Positions 60,121 to 64,000 of a DNA stretch of 64,000 bases are shown here, piece after piece (the stretch's first letter is position 1; every line of letters starts with the position of its first letter). A model generated the notes under the pieces. It saw nothing but the letters and a program-made list of their open reading frames with translations, searched no databases and had not been told where the DNA came from. Source of the DNA: an uncultured Gammaproteobacteria bacterium (GTDB taxonomy: Bacteria > Patescibacteriota > Microgenomatia > UBA10105 > UBA927); contig CAZQTD010000003.1 of the NCBI GenBank assembly GCA_964596355.1, positions 20,500 through 84,499 of the forward strand, read 5' to 3'. The position numbers and the translations under genes were made by a program.

Positions 60121-60744
60121 TTATACAAATTTTCGGATGAGTCCAACGACTTTTCCCTGAATTTTGACGTGCGTGGTAAATATTGGCGACATCGTTGCGT
60201 TGGCAGGGGCGAGTTTAATTCGTTGCTTTTCAAAATAAATGCGCTTAAGCGTGGCAAGTCCGTTTGGCAAAAGCGCAACGACGATATCGCCGTTTTGCGC
60301 GTCTGTTTGATGTTGTACCACGACATAATCTCCATCCAAAATACCGTCCTCAACCATGGATTGACCTTTGACTTGCAACACGTAGCTGGGTTTATTTCCG
60401 GCAATCATGCCCGGAGCAACGGAAATGTAGAAATTCGGATCAGTGTACGGTTCAAGCGGCGCGCCGGCGGCAATGAAGCCCAGGACAGGAAGCTCAACTG
60501 CCGTCGTCCCTGCTCCAGATTTATATTTATCCTCGACGACCTCCAGCCCTCGCGCAGTGCCGTCAAGTTTTTTAATGAATCCTTTTTCCCGAAGTCGCGC
60601 AATGTGCTCATGAACCGTCGCGGCGGAATTCATGCCAAGCGCATCGCCAATTTCCTTAAGCGTCGGCGCATAGCCGAATCGCTGGATAAATTGCGTAATA
60701 AATTCAATGATCTGTCGTTCTTTGGTATACAGTGTGGGCGGCAT
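60121..60744 (-). CDS. lexA: LexA repressor (S24 peptidase)
   Basis: N-terminal wHTH then catalytic GQSM...K dyad region (VKGQSMVEDGILDGDYVVV...LKR). Confidence 0.85.
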   Translation of the reverse strand: MPPTLYTKERQIIEFITQFIQRFGYAPTLKEIGDALGMNSAATVHEHIARLREKGFIKKLDGTARGLEVVEDKYKSGAGTTAVELPVLGFIAAGAPLEPYTDPNFYISVAPGMIAGNKPSYVLQVKGQSMVEDGILDGDYVVVQHQTDAQNGDIVVALLPNGLATLKRIYFEKQRIKLAPANATMSPIFTTHVKIQGKVVGLIRKFV

Positions 60745-60808
60745 ATGCGCTGTGTGACTAAAGCTTCACGGCTTACCACTCAATCAATGGCACGTTCTTT
60801 TTTTAGCC

Positions 60809-60838
60809 GAATATGTGATATGATCATATTGAGTATTC
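60809..60838. promoter_or_regulatory. Dyad-symmetric element GAATAT-gtg-ATATGATCATAT-tga-GTATTC in the lexA/uvrB divergent region; candidate SOS operator
   Basis: 12-bp perfect palindromic core (60818-60829) flanked by matching outer arms. Confidence 0.4.
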
Positions 60839-60853
60839 CAAATAAAAACCGAA

Positions 60854-60881
60854 TTGTCAATACATCGAAACACGGTATAAA
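60854..60881 (+). promoter_or_regulatory. uvrB promoter TTGTCA-16-TATAAA
   Basis: Hexamers and spacing. Confidence 0.4.
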
Positions 60882-60902
60882 TAGATCACTATTAGACAAC
60901 CG

Positions 60903-62912
60903 ATGAAGCGTTTTACCCTTCAGTCACCATTTCAGCCCACAGGCGATCAACCAGAGGCGATCGCAGCGCTTGTACGCAATATACAGTGCGGGATGAAGGA
61001 GCAGGTTCTTTTAGGAGTTACCGGAAGCGGCAAAACATTCACGATCGCCAACGTTATTCAGGCCATACAAAAACCAGTACTTGTTATATCGCATAACAAG
61101 ACGCTTGCGGCTCAATTGTATCAGGAATTCCGTGACTTTTTTCCCGATAATGCGGTATCGTACTTTGTGTCCTACTACGACTACTACCAGCCCGAGGCAT
61201 ATATCCCCCAGACTGATACGTATATAGAAAAGGAAACACAGATTAATGAAGAAATCGATAAGCTCCGGCTTGCCGCAACGGCAAATCTTATGACGCGCCG
61301 CGACACGATTATCGTTGCGTCCGTTTCATGCATCTATACGATCGGGTCGCCCAAAGAGTATAGGCGGGCGGTTCTTGAGTTGAAAAAAGGCATGAGCATC
61401 GTAAGAGAAGGGGTGTTCGACCGTCTCGTGGCTTTGCAGTACGAACGACGCACCGATGGGTTTTATCGTGGAACATTTCGCGTGCGGGGCGACACCATTG
61501 ATATTTTCCCGGCGTACGATGACGCAGGTACGCGCGTTATTATCCGGAACGGTAGCGTTGTGGATTTGATGACCATAGACGCATTGACGGGAAAAACAGT
61601 AAAACAGAGATCATCAACTGTGATTTACCCTGCTAAGCACTACATGACGGATCCGCGCACCTATGAAAGCGTATTCGCTCGTATACAAGAGGATCTGAAC
61701 GTTCAGGTCGGCAAACTTCAGCAATCAGGAAAGATTCTTGAGGCACATCGGTTGCGGCAGCGTGTCAATCATGATCTGGAAATGATTCAGGAGCTCGGGT
61801 ACGTTAATGGCATAGAAAATTACTCGCGGTACTTCGACGGAAGAAAGCCAGGCGAGCCGCCCTATACGCTATTTGATTACTATCAAGAAGCAGTTGGTAA
61901 CGGTTGGCTGCTTGTTATCGATGAGTCTCACATGACGATACCGCAAATCCGCGGCATGTATAACGCAGACCGAAGCAGAAAACAGGTGCTTGTTGATTAC
62001 GGGTTCCGCCTGCCGGCCGCACTTGACAATCGGCCCCTTCGGTTTGAAGAATTTCTGCGCAGAATGCCGCAGACAATATATGTATCAGCGACGCCCGATG
62101 AGTGGGAAACAAGCAGGGTGGCTTCAAGAACCGGGATTGTCGAGCAGTTAATACGGCCAACAAGCCTTGTTGATCCCGAGGTTTCAGTTCGACCCATAAA
62201 TGGTCAAATAGCCGATTTGACCCGCGAAATACATAAGCGGGTTGCCAAGAAGGAGCGCACATTGGTTACCACGCTTACCAAGCAAATGGCAGAGGACCTT
62301 GCGAAGTTTTTGGAGGAAAAAGGCATTAACGTCCATTACCTTCACGCCGACGTTGAGACGCTTGAACGTACGGATATCCTCGCTGATCTTCGAAGCGGCA
62401 GGTATGACGTCATCGTTGGGGTAAACCTTTTGAGAGAAGGACTCGATTTACCCGAAGTATCGCTGGTGGCTGTATTAGACGCAGACAACGAAGGCTTTCT
62501 GCGCAGTAAAACAAGTCTTATTCAAACTATGGGACGCGCAGCGCGACATAGGTCCGGCAGAGTCATCTTGTATGCGGATAGGATGACAGCGTCTATTTCC
62601 CATGCAATAGAGGAGGTCAATCGCCGTCGCGGTGTTCAGCTTGCCTACAATACAACCCATGGGATTACTCCAGCGTCCGTTAAAAAACCGATTCGTGAAC
62701 GCTTGGTTGAGAAAGCAGCCGACAATTCAGAAAAGAGAAAAACGCCGCCTGAACTTTTCGGTGTTGACGCAACGTCAATTGAGTCAATGACCCCGCAGGA
62801 CAAAAAAAAGCTCATCATTCGACTCACACAAGCAATGCGTGACGCAAGCCGCGATCTAGACTTTGAGCTTGCGGCCCGCTTGAGGGATTTCATTGCGACA
62901 CTTTCATCATAA
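60903..62912 (+). CDS. uvrB: Excinuclease ABC subunit B
   Basis: Walker A GVTGSGKT, helicase motifs, C-terminal UvrB/UvrC interaction domain. Confidence 0.9.
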   Translation: MKRFTLQSPFQPTGDQPEAIAALVRNIQCGMKEQVLLGVTGSGKTFTIANVIQAIQKPVLVISHNKTLAAQLYQEFRDFFPDNAVSYFVSYYDYYQPEAYIPQTDTYIEKETQINEEIDKLRLAATANLMTRRDTIIVASVSCIYTIGSPKEYRRAVLELKKGMSIVREGVFDRLVALQYERRTDGFYRGTFRVRGDTIDIFPAYDDAGTRVIIRNGSVVDLMTIDALTGKTVKQRSSTVIYPAKHYMTDPRTYESVFARIQEDLNVQVGKLQQSGKILEAHRLRQRVNHDLEMIQELGYVNGIENYSRYFDGRKPGEPPYTLFDYYQEAVGNGWLLVIDESHMTIPQIRGMYNADRSRKQVLVDYGFRLPAALDNRPLRFEEFLRRMPQTIYVSATPDEWETSRVASRTGIVEQLIRPTSLVDPEVSVRPINGQIADLTREIHKRVAKKERTLVTTLTKQMAEDLAKFLEEKGINVHYLHADVETLERTDILADLRSGRYDVIVGVNLLREGLDLPEVSLVAVLDADNEGFLRSKTSLIQTMGRAARHRSGRVILYADRMTASISHAIEEVNRRRGVQLAYNTTHGITPASVKKPIRERLVEKAADNSEKRKTPPELFGVDATSIESMTPQDKKKLIIRLTQAMRDASRDLDFELAARLRDFIATLSS

Positions 62913-62937
62913 TTGTCATCAGTGTATAATGACGAAG

Positions 62938-62963
62938 CCTCGGAACCAACCGAGGAGATTTTG
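62938..62963 (+). terminator. Hairpin CCTCGG-AACCAA-CCGAGG + AGATTTTG between uvrB and uvrA; its 3' arm contains the uvrA Shine-Dalgarno (GGAG)
   Basis: Seen directly. Confidence 0.35.
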
Positions 62964-62971
62964 CATTGCCT

Positions 62972-64000
62972 ATGGATACAATCATTATCAAAGGTGCGCG
63001 TCAGCACAATTTAAAAAATGTTAATCTAGAGCTCCCGAAGAATACGGTTATTGTCTTTACCGGACTTTCCGGCTCTGGTAAATCGTCGCTTGCGTTTGAC
63101 ACAATTTATGCAGAAGGACAACGGCGGTACGTGGAATCGCTTAGTTCTTACGCGAGACAATTTTTAGGCGTGATGGATAAACCGGACGTTGACGCAATCG
63201 AAGGGCTGTCCCCGTCAATATCAATAGATCAAAAGTCAGCGTCTCATAACCCAAGGTCGACGGTTGGAACCGTGACGGAAATATACGACTATCTTCGTCT
63301 GCTGTTTGCCCGGATCGGCCACCCGCACTGTCCTCGGTGCGGGCGAGAGATCAGTCGGCAGAGCCCCCAACAGATTGTTTCCCAGATAATTAACCTTGCA
63401 AGCGACCGTCTGAAGCATAAATCGAGTAAGCACGTTCGCTTTGCGCTGCTTTCGCCTGTTGTGCGCGACCGAAAGGGAGAATTTACGGGGCTTTTTGACA
63501 ACCTGCGTGCTAAGGGTTACCGTCAAGTGCGCGTTGACGGCCGTTTTTTTGATATTGATGACGATATCGTGCTGATAAAAACAAACAGACACACGATAGA
63601 CGTTGTCATCGATAAAATGAGCCTTGATGTTCGAAGTGTGAAGCTAGTCAACCATAGGGGTGAACACGAAGCTACATCTCGTGACACGGTGGCCGCCAGT
63701 ATGCGAAGACGAGTAGCGGACGCTGTCGAGCAGGCTCTTGCCCTTTCAGACGGTCTTGTCACGGTAGCGGAAATTAAAGATAGCGGATTTGCTATACCTG
63801 ATAAGCCAACTCATGTCGAGGATCACGTCTTTTCTGAAAAGTTTTCCTGCCCTGTCTGTAATATATCGCTGCCGGAGATAGAACCACGGAGTTTTTCATT
63901 TAATTCGCCGCACGGCGCATGTCCAGGCTGCAGTGGTTTGGGAACAATTTTAAGCGTTGACGAACATTTGGTTCTTCGCGAAGAATTATCAATACGCGAG
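62972..64000 (+). CDS. uvrA: Excinuclease ABC subunit A (5' partial; runs off the window)
   Basis: N-terminus [50 protein letters not shown] and zinc finger CPRCG. No stop before the window end. Confidence 0.9.
   Translation, partial: MDTIIIKGARQHNLKNVNLELPKNTVIVFTGLSGSGKSSLAFDTIYAEGQRRYVESLSSYARQFLGVMDKPDVDAIEGLSPSISIDQKSASHNPRSTVGTVTEIYDYLRLLFARIGHPHCPRCGREISRQSPQQIVSQIINLASDRLKHKSSKHVRFALLSPVVRDRKGEFTGLFDNLRAKGYRQVRVDGRFFDIDDDIVLIKTNRHTIDVVIDKMSLDVRSVKLVNHRGEHEATSRDTVAASMRRRVADAVEQALALSDGLVTVAEIKDSGFAIPDKPTHVEDHVFSEKFSCPVCNISLPEIEPRSFSFNSPHGACPGCSGLGTILSVDEHLVLREELSIRE

Overview
This window is a gene-dense bacterial chromosomal segment of about 50% GC, with mostly short intergenic gaps, no rRNA and no CRISPR array. 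Gene content points to a small-genome organism with several archaeal-type central-metabolism enzymes; this is compatible with Candidate Phyla Radiation (Patescibacteria) lineages but the phylum is not provable from the sequence alone.

Gene order:
- tRNA-Asp, PolX, LemA and an HtpX-like protease.
- MurT/GatD lipid II amidation pair.
- A GAF-ANTAR regulator immediately upstream of glnA, then gatCAB and dnaE.
- A complete F-type ATP synthase operon (atpZ-atpBEFHAGDC), then a CBS-domain protein.
- A long pyrimidine operon with purB embedded (carAB-pyrBCDFE-upp-purB-pyrG).
- rplS and yraN.
- A minus-strand block: GH125, tRNA-Lys, a double-GH130 protein, a P-type ATPase, a phosphodiester glycosidase, a CofE-like ligase, a membrane protein, ppa and a 3x zinc-ribbon protein.
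- tRNA-Glu and two hypothetical proteins.
- tdk, a small ORF, dinB, rarA, a small EF-Tu-domain-2-like protein and holA.
- A sugar-phosphate/gluconeogenic block (PMM, bifunctional PGI/PMI, ppsA, eno, archaeal-type FBP aldolase/phosphatase, acs) and dedA.
- An SOS cluster at the 3' end (lexA, uvrB, partial uvrA).

The most interesting non-coding signals are:
- a candidate ANTAR antitermination switch in the glnA leader (two hexaloop hairpins abutting an intrinsic terminator) next to the GAF-ANTAR gene;
- an attenuator-like architecture in front of carA (consensus promoter, 22-codon leader ORF with U-tracts, terminator whose U-tract runs into the carA ATG);
- a 26-bp palindrome present in two copies upstream of dnaE and tdk;
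- a dyad-symmetric candidate SOS operator in the lexA/uvrB divergent region.

All calls come from reading the sequence and ORF translations. No database searches were run.
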